A stretch of DNA of 64,000 nt, taken from contig NC_083412.1 in the NCBI RefSeq assembly GCF_020745735.1, forward strand, positions 58,680,320 to 58,744,319, written 5' to 3'. This document shows, in pieces, positions 24,463-35,842 of this stretch (within the stretch, counting starts at the first letter, position 1; each line of letters opens with the position of its first letter). A program made the position numbers and the translations under genes. The notes beneath the pieces were generated by a model, which did no database searches, was not told the origin of the DNA, and was given only the letters and a program-made list of their open reading frames with translations. Source of the DNA: Hemiscyllium ocellatum. Taxonomy: Eukaryota.

Positions 24463-25523
24463 GGATACTATATAGTTGAGATTTCATAAAAAGTTGACTA
24501 GGCAATGTATGGCACAGTGGGCAGTTCAAAATGTTGTTTATTCTGGTGTAACAGAGGTGATTGGAGAGAATTGCAACTCCAAAGGAGGGAACAATGGGAA
24601 TCTGTTTATTAAAAATGTAGCTTGCTTAAAGTTTGCTTTGCAATTTGATCTCGTTGGCAAATAATTGGAAGGTTATCGACCAATATGACATGGATGATTT
24701 TAATAGTGGAGGATGCAGGTCAAACTTGTTTATTCTTGGGAATCTCCCAAAGAAAACTCCCCTACCAGCCTGGTTAAATTTTATGTTTAGATTAATATCT
24801 GTGATGCAGGGAAAATGTTATGTTGTTGCTAAGTAATCTAATAGATCCTTTCATTTTAAAGGAATGAACATTGAAAACCAGGCTTGGCCCTTTTTTTTTC
24901 TATAATCTGCACAATCCTCTAAGGTATTTGTGCTCCTAAACTCTGGCTGTTTGAACATTACTGATTTTAATTGGTCTATGATTCATGGCCATGCCTTCAG
25001 TTGAATGTAAGCTCCAAGTTCTAAAGTCTTTCTCATCGCTCTGTGTCTCTACCTTGCTTTTCCCCCCTTCATGACCCTCCTTAAGCTGAGTAATGGAGGC
25101 AGGTTTTTGATTTATCTGACTTAATTTGCTGACATGTCTGAGTCATTTTGTTTCATAATACGCTTGTGAAATGCTTTGGGATTTTTATTACATTAAACAA
25201 GAATTTTTCTTGACTGTGCTAGTTTTAATGCATCCTACTCCAGTGCAGTAGAGTATGGAAATATTGATTCGCATTAAGTCTTTTCCATGTACAATTCACC
25301 CCATCCCCGCCTAGTAAAACTTTGAAACAAAGGTGATTTAGAGTGAGCTGCATGCAGTTGCACCTTTTGTACTTCTAAAGCAGCTTTCCTCTCATTTTCT
25401 AGAATGAAACCACATTTAAAGATCTTGTGTTCAAATCATCTTCTACTTTTTCACTTTGGAATCGATAGGGTGCTGCAATGACATTTGGAATTTTTACAGA
25501 AAGCATTTTGGCTTTTATTTGAT

Positions 25524-25636
25524 AGTCATAGAGATGTACAGCACGGAAACAGACCCTTCGGTCCAACCCGTCCATGCTGACCAGATATCCCAACCCAATC
25601 TAGTCCCACCTGCCAGCACCCGGCCCATATCCCATC
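25524..25636 (-). mobile_element. HER1 LINE 3' tail
   Basis: gagatgtacagcacggaaacagacccttcggtccaac; same 3' end as the HE1 SINE tail. Confidence 0.88.
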
Positions 25637-26209
25637 TTGCATAGGAGCAATTAAAATCCCTATGTAATCTATTTGAGCCCTGTTAATTACTATAGTTGGT
25701 AAAGTTCATTGATTTTCTTTTTGTAGCTTTCAGAATACACACATTTTAATAACCCCTTCAAAATAAACTTTCTACTAATGCAAAATGTCTCAAACCATAT
25801 TTGTGCTTCATGTTTAGCAACTCCTTTAGTTAAGAACAACAATGAAGTGAGTTGGCTTCATTGCAGCATTAACATAACATGACATGGCCTAGAACCCACC
25901 CTCCCTTGATGTACAAATGCTACAATAATTTGAGACAAAAGCTGTTACAGAGTTGAACACTGAAATCCCAAAGTAGCTGTCTGAGACGGGCTGATCATCT
26001 ATTTGTCATGAAGATAACATCATTTTACTTAGCTCCCCACTGAAATGCAGTGAGCAGCTCAAAAGTAATGACGGCTCCTCAAAGTTAGATTTGGTCTGAA
26101 GTGAAACAGGAGTCTATTTTTGAGCATTTTAAATTTCACACCTACTTAGACATACCAAATTTGTTATCCATTTTTAAATACATCATGTGAAATATTAAGT
26201 ACGTACTTC

Positions 26210-26455
26210 ATAAGATATTGAACAGAATTAGACCATCTGACCCATTTGAGTCTGCTCTGCCATTCAATCATGGTTGATATGTTCCTTGCCCTCATTTTCC
26301 TGCCTTCTCCCCATAACCCTTCAACCCATTACCAATTAAAACTCTAATTGTCTAACTCCTCCTTAAATTTACTCACTGTCCCAGCATCCACTGCACTTTG
26401 GAGTAGCAAATTGTTCAGATTCTCGACCCTTTCGGAGTACTTTCTCCTCGACACT
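26210..26455 (-). mobile_element. CR1 3' end (older subfamily)
   Basis: cataagatattgaacagaattagaccat..ccattcaatcatgg. Confidence 0.7.
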
Positions 26456-26679
26456 TGGTACTTGCCAATGAAACACTAATGCCAAAAAAAGTTAGCAATC
26501 TGTAGTTACTCTTATGAGCTATTAAAACCTCATATGTTAAAATAAACCTGATTTTGTCCTTTGTCTTTAATCCAATATTTCCTTTTTTGTTTGTACTGTC
26601 ACTGGCTTGACATTTTGAATTAATTTGACATGAGCCTCACTGACTGACTGGGTCAGCATTTAATTGCTCATCACTGGAA

Positions 26680-27470
26680 CAAACAAAGAACAACACAGCA
26701 CCAGACTGTGCCCTTCTGTCCTCCAAGCCTGCACTGACATGTTTTGCCCTTCCACATGAAAATTGTCTTCACTTACAGAATCTGTATCCCTCTATTTCCT
26801 TCCTATTCATGTATTTGTCCAGGTGTTTCTTAAATGCTGCTATTGTCTGCTTCCACCACCTCTGGCAATGCGTTCCAGGCACTCTCCACATTTTGAGAGA
26901 AAAATCCCTCTCTCCAGCTCTTGGACACCCTTCCCAAACAACATTAGAATCTGTGTCCCCTAGTAATTGGCCCATCCACTCTGGGCGAAAAGCCTCATTT
27001 CCGTGCCATTCACTATCTTTTTAAACTTCTATCAGGTCTCCCCTCATACTTTCCACTGAAAACAAACCCACTCTACCCAGTGTTTTCTTCATAGTTAAGA
27101 TCCCCTATAGCAGGCAACATCTTGGTAAACCTTTTCTACACCCTCTCCAAAGCATCCACATCCTTCTGGTAGTGTGGTGACCAGAACTGTGTGCAATATT
27201 CCATGTATGGCCTAACTAAAGTTCTATAAAGAAGTTATACTGTCCCTTCCAATTAAGGCAGGTATGCCATAGGCCTTTTTTTTTTAACTACCTTATCTAT
27301 GTGCTCTGCCACCACAGTGATCTGTGGGCCTGCACACCCACATCCCTCTGCAGTGAATGGCAGAACCCACTCCTTAGGGTTCTGCCATTCACTGTATACT
27401 TTCCACCTGTACTTGACCTTCCAAAATACATCACCTTGCCTTTATCTGGATTAAACTCCATCTGCGATGC
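26680..27470 (-). mobile_element. CR1 LINE 3' fragment
   Basis: aaacaaagaacaacacagcacc tail; ggcaacatcttggtaaac; ggattaaactccatctgc. Confidence 0.85.
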
Positions 27471-27929
27471 AGACGGATGCCAACAGTTTGGGTTCAGTTT
27501 CCACTGATTGTGATTATCACAAAGGACTCTTTCTCTGTCTCCCCCCTCACTTGAAGTGTAGTAACCCTCTGGTTAAACTACCATCAGTCATCACTGAGAG
27601 CAATCCTATAGGACCATGGTGACTTGACCTTTACCTCAAAGTTCATTTGTCACCCATTTGCCCACTCTTCCAACTTCTGTTTTGTGAAGATTTTCACCTT
27701 CTATCTTGAAGTTTATTATGCTTCCAAATTTTTTTACTCTGCAAATGTTGAAATTGAAGTTATACGAAGTCTTTTCCTTTCTCACTTCATTCGGCTCCTT
27801 TTTGAATGCATTTCACTTGCTCTGTGATTTGTCACCTTTTTAAGTACAGGTGACCTATGCAATTCGCCGTTCTCATCAATTTGAAACCCTCTAGCATGTA
27901 TTTCCTCCTCCTGTCTCCCTTCTCAATAA

Positions 27930-28025
27930 AGACGGGGTCACTGGACTCTACACCAACTCTTTTATTTTTCTCTCTCCAGATGCTGCCAGACTGCTGAGTT
28001 TCTCCAGCATTCCCTGTCTGTTGGC
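27930..28025 (+). mobile_element. Old Penelope-like terminal remnant
   Basis: gggtcactggactc..ctctccagatgctgccagactgctgagtttctccagcatt. Confidence 0.6.
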
Positions 28026-28775
28026 CTCCTATTCAAGTCTGCCTTTTGATCACTATTGGGTCCCCCTCCTCCTCTTTACTATTTACAGGGCAACCTCAAT
28101 TATCTGAACAATACAGCTGGGGAGTATTCTGTTTGGGTAACAGTTTACCCAGGCATCAGGACCTTGATCTTGTTTGGATTATTGATGTTTGGGTAACTGA
28201 GATTGTTCTATATATGCCCAGAGAAGATGAGAAGATACTTGCATTTCCTTTTTTTTTATTAGCTGCTACTCTCATTTGATCTACCCTATTTGCTTCACTT
28301 GTCTTCCCTCTTCTCTGCCGTTTTCCACTCCCACTTCCCCCCCACCACCACCTCCGGCACGTAGCTTCTCAATTTTTATTTTATACCTGACATTGGCATA
28401 GGCATACGTTTAGTACTTTGTCACCAGTTCTATTTCCCTGTCAACCAGGCACCTTTGGATATATTTGCCTGGCCATCTGTGTCCATATTATCTGTCTTTT
28501 TATTTTGAAGGTGGCCCATTGATCAGCTACTGTTTTTCTGGCTATGCTTGAACTCCTCCAAATTATTCAAACCAGAGCCATTTGTTCCTTTTTCAAATTT
28601 GGCCTTCCTTCAATTGATTACTCTTCTGGATTGTTTATTAACCGCCTTCCTGATGTAAATTCTGGGTGTTGTGAATGAGCTGTGTCTCTTGAGAGATTGA
28701 ATATATTCAAAATTCATTCAATGTTATAATGAAGCAATTCTAAACTATCTTTGGATGAATTGACATTACTCCTAG

Positions 28776-29072
28776 ATGTCCTGTATGAAGTGGAATGGCT
28801 TGTGACCCAACAGTTCTCCAATGACACCAGGGAACGTCCTCTGCTGTTGATAGATCAAAGGTCAGTGGTGACGCATCTGAAAGCCAATAGTGATATCAGC
28901 GTTGAACGAATCAGCATGCACGAATTCCGTCTACGACTTCATTGTTCTGAGAAGACTGTTGCTGGGGATTATTTCTGCAAAGTCACACCTTGGGTGAAAT
29001 CAGAGACTGGGACATGGCAGAAAATGCCTCCACAGCGTTCTGATTCTCTTTCTGTACGCATTGATATTTCAG
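28776..29072 (+). CDS. PTGFRN: PTGFRN exon 8: remainder of Ig domain 6
   Basis: ctcctag acceptor (short pyrimidine tract), G|gttagt donor; DVLYEVEW..FRLRLH..AGDYFCKVTPWVKS..GTWQK. Confidence 0.92.
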
Positions 29073-30246
29073 GTTAGTTTCATTTCTCATTTCATGAGAT
29101 ATCATTGAGTAAAACTTAAGCATATTGTTCTTGGATGTGGTCAGGGATGCTCTCCTTTTTTTCAAAGGGATTTTTATTGTTTATTTAAAGTTCAGGGAAG
29201 CTGGAAGAAAGCAGGTATTTTATTTTTTCCAACACTAGTATTTATTAAGTTTGGTTTGTTCAAAAGATTTTTGATATTTTTGAAGCAAACTGAATTATAA
29301 TTCAATCTTCTGGCTTTCACTGGCTACTGGAACTGAGATGATTCATTCTGTAAGACATTCTGGGGAACTACTTTTTTTGTAAATTGGAGAAAAGAAAATA
29401 TAAGAGTCAAAAGTTTGCCAAGGAAGATGAATTTAAAAGCTAAAATTTCTGTTCTATTATTCTGTTCTTTCCTTTTTATTATGAGTACAATTGTTCTGAA
29501 TGTGAATTAGATCCTCTTCTGAAATCCTGATAGTCTCTCACTTTGAATGTGGAGAAAGAATTAACAGGCTATTCCTGTTGGCATCAGAATCCATTTGGTT
29601 TTACCCAGTGTTCACAGATTATTCACTCCTTTTTCAAGGTGAATCTTTGGATGGCACATAGGAGCAATATCCTATTTTTAAAATTTCCTCTTTATTTCTC
29701 TCCTTCACTGTTCAAGAGCCATAGTGATACCAGACTGAGAATAACAACCTCAATGTTTAAGAGTCAAACCTGCAGAGCCTGTTGTTTTAAACCAGGCAGT
29801 CTGTTTAAAAATTAGATGATTAGGGAAGGTCTTGATTCACTTCCAAGCACCAAGAGTGTTCTCCAAATCGGCCCTTGTGCCAGTGATGTTGAGCCCTAGG
29901 TCTCTCACTTAGCTTTTAATAATAGCTATTGAAGCCATGAAGTGATGTTTAGAAATGAGCAAAAGCACAAAATATCAACAGGTATTTTTGAATATCATCT
30001 GTGTTTTATTCTGGCTGCAAAGTTAGCTCTGGCCAGAATGTAGTAACTGTGATTCACCATTTGGCACCTAAGGGGAGAAATGATCATCAGGTCTTCATGC
30101 ACAGTGGATTGTCCATTCTTTAAAATTGTGCGTGTTAGAGTGCATGCTTGTAAAGGGACTGCCAGACTTTGCTTCAGTTAATGCAGATGTTGAAAAGCTG
30201 AGTGGTTCTCTGCCACAAACTTGTTCTGTTACTCCCCTTTTTTTTT

Positions 30247-30550
30247 TAGATTAGACTTAGTGTGGAAACAGGCCCTTCGGCCCAACAAGTCCACACTGAC
30301 CCGCCGAAGCGAAACCCACCCATACCCCTACATTACCCCTTACCTAACACTACGGGCAATTTAGCATGGCCAATTCACCTGACCCGCACATCTTTGGACT
30401 GTGGGAGGAAACCGGAGCACCCGGAGGAAACCCACGCAGACACGGGGAGAACGTGCAAACTCCACACAGTCAGTCGCCTGAGTCGGGAATTGAACCCGGG
30501 TCTTCAGGCGCTGTGAGGCAGCAGTGCTAACCACTGTGCCACCGTTGCCC
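30247..30550 (-). mobile_element. HE1 SINE, full length
   Basis: Reverse complement of 15213/22592 copies. Confidence 0.93.
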
Positions 30551-31570
30551 CCCTGCCATTAACAAATTCCTACAGTTTTGTGTCTTGGCAGCCCAATGCC
30601 TCCGTGTTTGTATCGAAATATCTCCCTTTTCTTATCCCCCTGTATCACCATTTATTTTGAGATGGTGACATCGTGGAGGCCACAAGTGTTTTCAGGAGAA
30701 GGTTTCTATGACAACACAGTAATTGCTCATCTCATCTTGTGAAAGTAAACATGTAATAAAAGCTAGTTTGATTGCATGGCTTGTTCTCTTGCAGCTGTGA
30801 CCATGATATTCTCCTTAGAAACAGAAGGTGAAGTACGTAATTCACAATTACAACATATAAGCACACAGATTTTGCTCGATAATGTTTCTGAACAATCTTT
30901 GTGGCACTGTTTTCCCAAGGGTGACAAAATCTGTGGGCTTTTACCATGAGCTAGCCTGTGTGACACTATGTATCCATAGACCTATACTAACAGAATGCAG
31001 AGGGATGAGTCAACTGGTCTCCTTTTTTAGTCATCACTATTTTGAGATCTCTGTTATCAACATAATTACACACAATCTTTCTAATGCTAAAATGCTTTTT
31101 TTTTTAAAAGTCACTTATTAATATTACACTATAGCCAGGTTCCAGTAATAGAATTGAACAAAGAAATTGGATAAGAATGAAAGGAAAGATGTCAAGCAAA
31201 AGCCAGAAATGATTAAAATACAGATGCTTAATGAGAAATGTGATGTAAACACAGTAAAGGGCATTCTGAGATAATGTGACCATTACACTCCTCTGTAACC
31301 TTGCGCTATAGAAAATCGCTATACCCATTCAGTAGAAAGTTTACATTATCCAAACAGAGCGTCCACAACTTGTCAATTGTGTTATAGTCAATGTGCATTG
31401 ACAAAATGCACGTTATACAAGAAGTACCTGTATTACAGCTCCAGGGAATGATCAGGCATCTCAGAAGCAGACAATGGAGGTAGCACTCGAAATAATATTC
31501 AAAGATTGGACAAAAGTGCTAGAATACAATATTCGCATATTTCAGCAAGTAAGAGAAGACCAAAGAATCG

Positions 31571-31779
31571 TGATTTGGAGATGCTGGTGTTGGACTGGGA
31601 TTTACCAAGTTTAAAAATCACAACACCAGGTTATAGTCCAACAGGTTTAATTGGAAGCTCAAGGTTTTGGCGTGCTGCTCCTTCATCAGGTGGTTGACAA
31701 CCACCTGATGAAGGAACACTACTCTAAAAGCTAGTGCTTCCAATTAAACCTGTTGGACTATAACCTGGTGTTGTGATTT
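31571..31779. mobile_element. Penelope-like family B mini-hairpin (arms 31615-31696 and 31698-31779, tail on left)
   Basis: Symmetry about 31697; both hammerheads decayed (GAAA to AAAA on +); imperfect TSD accaaag(a/g)at 31559-31569 / 31783-31792. Confidence 0.85.
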
Positions 31780-31846
31780 CTAACCAAAGGATAACATACT
31801 AATTACTGCTTTTGTTTTCTCTCATTCCCTCCCTGTTCTCCCTTAG

Positions 31847-32010
31847 TGCTAGATTCCTTCAAAATGCCTTTGATATATGGAATTGGTGTTGCCATATTAA
31901 TTGGAATTCTCGCCTGTGCAATTGGTTACTGTTCATCTCGATACTGCTGTGGGGAGAGAATAACACCAAGATATGAACAACACAGATTGATATCAATGGC
32001 CACCGACTGA
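31847..32010 (+). CDS. PTGFRN: PTGFRN exon 9 coding part: TM helix and cytoplasmic tail, stop TGA 32008-32010
   Basis: VLDSFKMPLIYGIGVAILIGILACAIGYCSSRYCCGERITPRYEQHRLISMATD*; GYCSS..CC and RL.SM.D are diagnostic of PTGFRN; branch-like TACTAAT 31797-31803. Confidence 0.97.
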
Positions 32011-35000
32011 GACAACAATCTCTTGCAGGGGTGCAGGAGTGACCATTGGATGAACTAGTTAAGTTCTGCAATTTTGGGGAGAAGAAAAACAGATGTTAAG
32101 GAAGTGTTTTGTTTTAAGAATGTTAACATGTGCAATGATTGTAATTTCTTTTTAAAAGCCATTTTCAGATATTCAAGTGGGGTACAAACACTCTTTGGGA
32201 ATGTCACTGTGTGATTTTGTTAATTATTTGTTAGCGGAGTGAGTGATATTGTGGAGATACTGCCAGTGTTCCTCAACATCTGCCCATCTCTATTGATAGA
32301 GAAGATCTAACTCGAGCTGCATTTCCTTGGTTTCTGCTGGTCAGTTACCATTGCTGTGGTTTCAGATTATTGATCAATTTGGTATTGAACATTATTGTCT
32401 TGAATGGGAGTTTGTAATTTGGAACCTGCATTCACATTACAGTGAAATGTTGAATCAAGCAGACAGCCAAGCTTTACCAGTTTTTTTTTTAAATGCCTGA
32501 AGCCAATAAAATAAACAATGTCAATGCTATTCTGCAACAGTCTTTCATTCTGATGGAAGACTGGCTTGAAACGGAGACCAGTGCCAGGGGCTAAAATGGG
32601 CTGCAGCACAAGTTTCCTTTGGGAGTGTTTTAAAGGGAGAGGCAGTAGTTCTGTTATTATACAATGTATTTTCAAGACATCATTGAGAGAGAACAATTGT
32701 GCAATTGTTTATTGCTGTTTTTGAACATGCACAAGTTGGAAATTTACCCAAGTGGATATTGATCTTACCATGGTTAACTCCAGTAGAGTGCATTTCCGTC
32801 TAATCTTGATGTGAAAAATCTACATTGAGATCAGTATAGTTTTCTGTTTAAACTTATTGCAATTAATGCAGCTTTAAACAAAGTCTAAGTTGTTGACTGC
32901 TGGTTTGACACTCATGCAGGTAGGTTGGGGAAGTAGTTCAGTGTGGGATGATATTGTTCAATAAACCACATTCTATATTTGCTGCATATGACAACTTTTG
33001 TACCTTTTTTTTGCCTTTTTTCAAAGAGAATTCAGATGCTGAAAAGCCTTGTTTCTGATCAGATCCTGAGACATTGAATGTAGTGTATTTATCTGGGTAA
33101 AGCTAGTGCCGTGGAAGACCATTTTCTCTCTAGTTAAGTGCTACTACCAACAGAACCTTCCAGATTTCCTCCTTCTGTTTTGTGTGCTGAGCGGGAAATC
33201 AGTTCACAAACTGTACAGTGTTTCCCTGCTGTATAACTCAGCTCAATTTGGTGCTGTGTGGTGGAAAATTGAAATTGAGTGGAGAGGCCGATTTGCTGTA
33301 TATCTGTCCCTGTTAGCACCACTGAGGATTTTCCTGGGGTCTAGCTGGTCCTTCTTCACTTCATGTTAATGATGGAAGTGAATGATGTTCAGGAAATGTA
33401 CTCCATTTTATTGCATTCTGCCACTATTGATGCTGATTTTAATGACTCTTTTTAAGAGGGATCACTGTTAATTCACTGGCAGCATTGCAAGGCCCATTGG
33501 AACTGCTCCAGGAGGGAGTAAACCCACTAAAAGAAGCCTCTCCTTCCTGTTAGGTCCATAATCTTGCTGACTGTGGTATTACTGGATCATCGTTCCCTCT
33601 GAGCAGTGGCTGGTTCCCCCTGTCTGGCAGGAACTTTGCTCTGCATCACTAAACAGAACAATCCCTCTGAGGTAAGAGTCTGGCCTTAACAGGCGATGAT
33701 CCTACCTATCCTGAAGGAGAATCCAGACCTGACCTTTTCATGTTTGTGGAGCAGTATGCTGGCCACGCACTGTTGGCCCCTCTTGCAGATAAAAGAAGCA
33801 TATTTGCTAATGGCGTCATAAGTAGGCAACTGTCAAGTATAAAATGGTTCTTATGTCTCCACACTTTAAGAAGAGCATTAACTTCTATTTGAAGTGTGCA
33901 CAATGTTCTGCACAAGTAAGTGAACAAATAGTGCCAATATCATTTGGTGGAAATTACTACTGTAACACAACAGATTCTTTTAAACTGTTTAATTGAGTGA
34001 CTGAGGATTTATAATTAGTGTTTTTCATATAGCATTTAAACTTAACTTTAACTTGAATCCATAACCACTGCCTCAGCTCTAGTTGTTCCCTTATTAGAAT
34101 TGTTCTTTTAAACTCCAGGGAATTGTACCTTCCTTCCTAAAAGTTCATGAAAGTGTGTATGTATACTTGTGGAAGCAATGCTGTTACTGATGTTCTGTGT
34201 ATTCAGATTTTTTGTTTTTACTTCAGATTTCCAAATTGTGCAACTTTTGTATTTTGTCAGTTATCAATATGAATAAATCAGCTGCTCTTCTTGAAACATA
34301 CCACTTTTAAAATGAACCTCTGAAGAATTCTGAATGCACTAGAGCCAAGATCCAGGACAGGTGTTTGAAACAGTGATATTTCCTTTTACTTTTTTTTATA
34401 TATAAAATCTGAAACTGCAGTCATTTTTTAAGTGGTCTTTACATTGAATTCTGTACAATGTCAGCAGCAAAGATGTCTTTATTTCTACCATCTTTCTTTC
34501 GAGGAGCAATATTCTAATTCCTTAAGTGGATCTGTTTTCAAAATCGAGCTTACTTCAGAAAGAGATTGCATCTTCCAGGGTGGTGAATGTTGAGTGGATG
34601 GGAATGTGTTAATCCAGTTGAACCATCTGTTTCATTTTTATTCTGCACTTCAGATGCCACTTAATCTTTGATTTGTTACATACCAAATAGTGGTAGGTAG
34701 TTGTGCTTAAAAAATCTACTTGGAAACTTTTTTTGTTGTCAAAGTATTGAGTACACTAGAGAGGTACACAGCCACTATAAATCTGGCTATGTTTCCAAAA
34801 CAAAAATGATCCGTGCTATGCCCACTCATGTACATGTTTCTGATTTAAACTGCTTAATTTTCATCTTAAAATCACCTCCTTTCCACCCCCACCCCTATGC
34901 CTAGACTTTGCTGCATGAATTCGTGTCGACAATTCCTGTGCAGCTTGGAAGTAGGTAGGATGTACACCATCACATTCTAGTGTTCAGTTACAAAAAAACA

Positions 35001-35295
35001 TTAATTTTCCTGTATTATTTCTTGAGCTATTCTTTGGTTTTCAACAGGTTAGTACCATGATGTGGCAAGTCCTTTAAAGACTATGTTAGTCTTCAAGATT
35101 TCCTACATGTCATTGCTTTTTTATTCACGTATGGGTTAACCAAAATTACCAGTAACTTCAAAATGGTTAAAGTAAAATTCTTAGGTGCATTTCAAGTTTT
35201 CTTTTAATTATTTGAATGTCTGTAAATTTTCAGCTGACTCTTACAGCTGTACTGTACATAAAACCATGCAAATTAAAGTTTTCTCATGGTTCATA
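32011..35295 (+). other. PTGFRN: Probable PTGFRN 3' UTR (~3.3 kb)
   Basis: Free of young TEs while flanks are TE-dense; ends at ATTAAA with upstream UGUA and downstream U/GU-rich sequence. Confidence 0.6.
35272..35277 (+). terminator. Candidate distal polyadenylation signal ATTAAA
   Basis: Preceded by TGTA motifs (35221, 35253), followed by ttctcatggttcatattcatgtgcttggtg; proximal AATAAA at 32505, 32960, 34272 are alternatives. Confidence 0.55.
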
Positions 35296-35842
35296 TTCAT
35301 GTGCTTGGTGAAATGTTTCTAGCAAGTTTTCATTCCTTATGGTTCATCTCCAGTGGCATTGCTTAGAGAGAATTGTAGAAGTGTTTGACCTTATCTCCTG
35401 GAAACAAATTTCCTCAAATCAAATTTGATCAATTTTCAAACCCCAAAACATATCTTTTTTTCTAGAAAAAAGGGGCAAAATGATTTTGTTTGCCAGGGCT
35501 AGTCCTCCTATCAAATTGCCCCACTTAATTTTTCTTTTACTTCCTACAGCACCTTTTTTAGCCAGTGGTCATGACCAGTATACAGAAACTAAAGCCTAGA
35601 GGAATCCAAAAGTTCTCATTGGTTCTTAAGAAAATTTGCATGTTTGTTTGTCTCTCGTTCTGCTTCTCCTGTGCTTCCTGGATCTTGCTGTTGACAGGGA
35701 AGGTCTGTCAATTGAAGAGCTCTGGGTTTGTAACATGATTGAAATGGTGCAGAGGGGGGAAAGCTCTGTGCAAAGGGAAACATGGGAACAAAAACAGAAG
35801 TCCATGGTAAAGCAGAATGCTGTTTGGGTTTTGCCTTGAGGC

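Noticed and set aside
35618-35839. CCAAT-like, octamer ATTTGCAT and a hydrophobic short ORF just after the poly(A) site
   Set aside because: No convincing donor, and no downstream Ig or other exon to join
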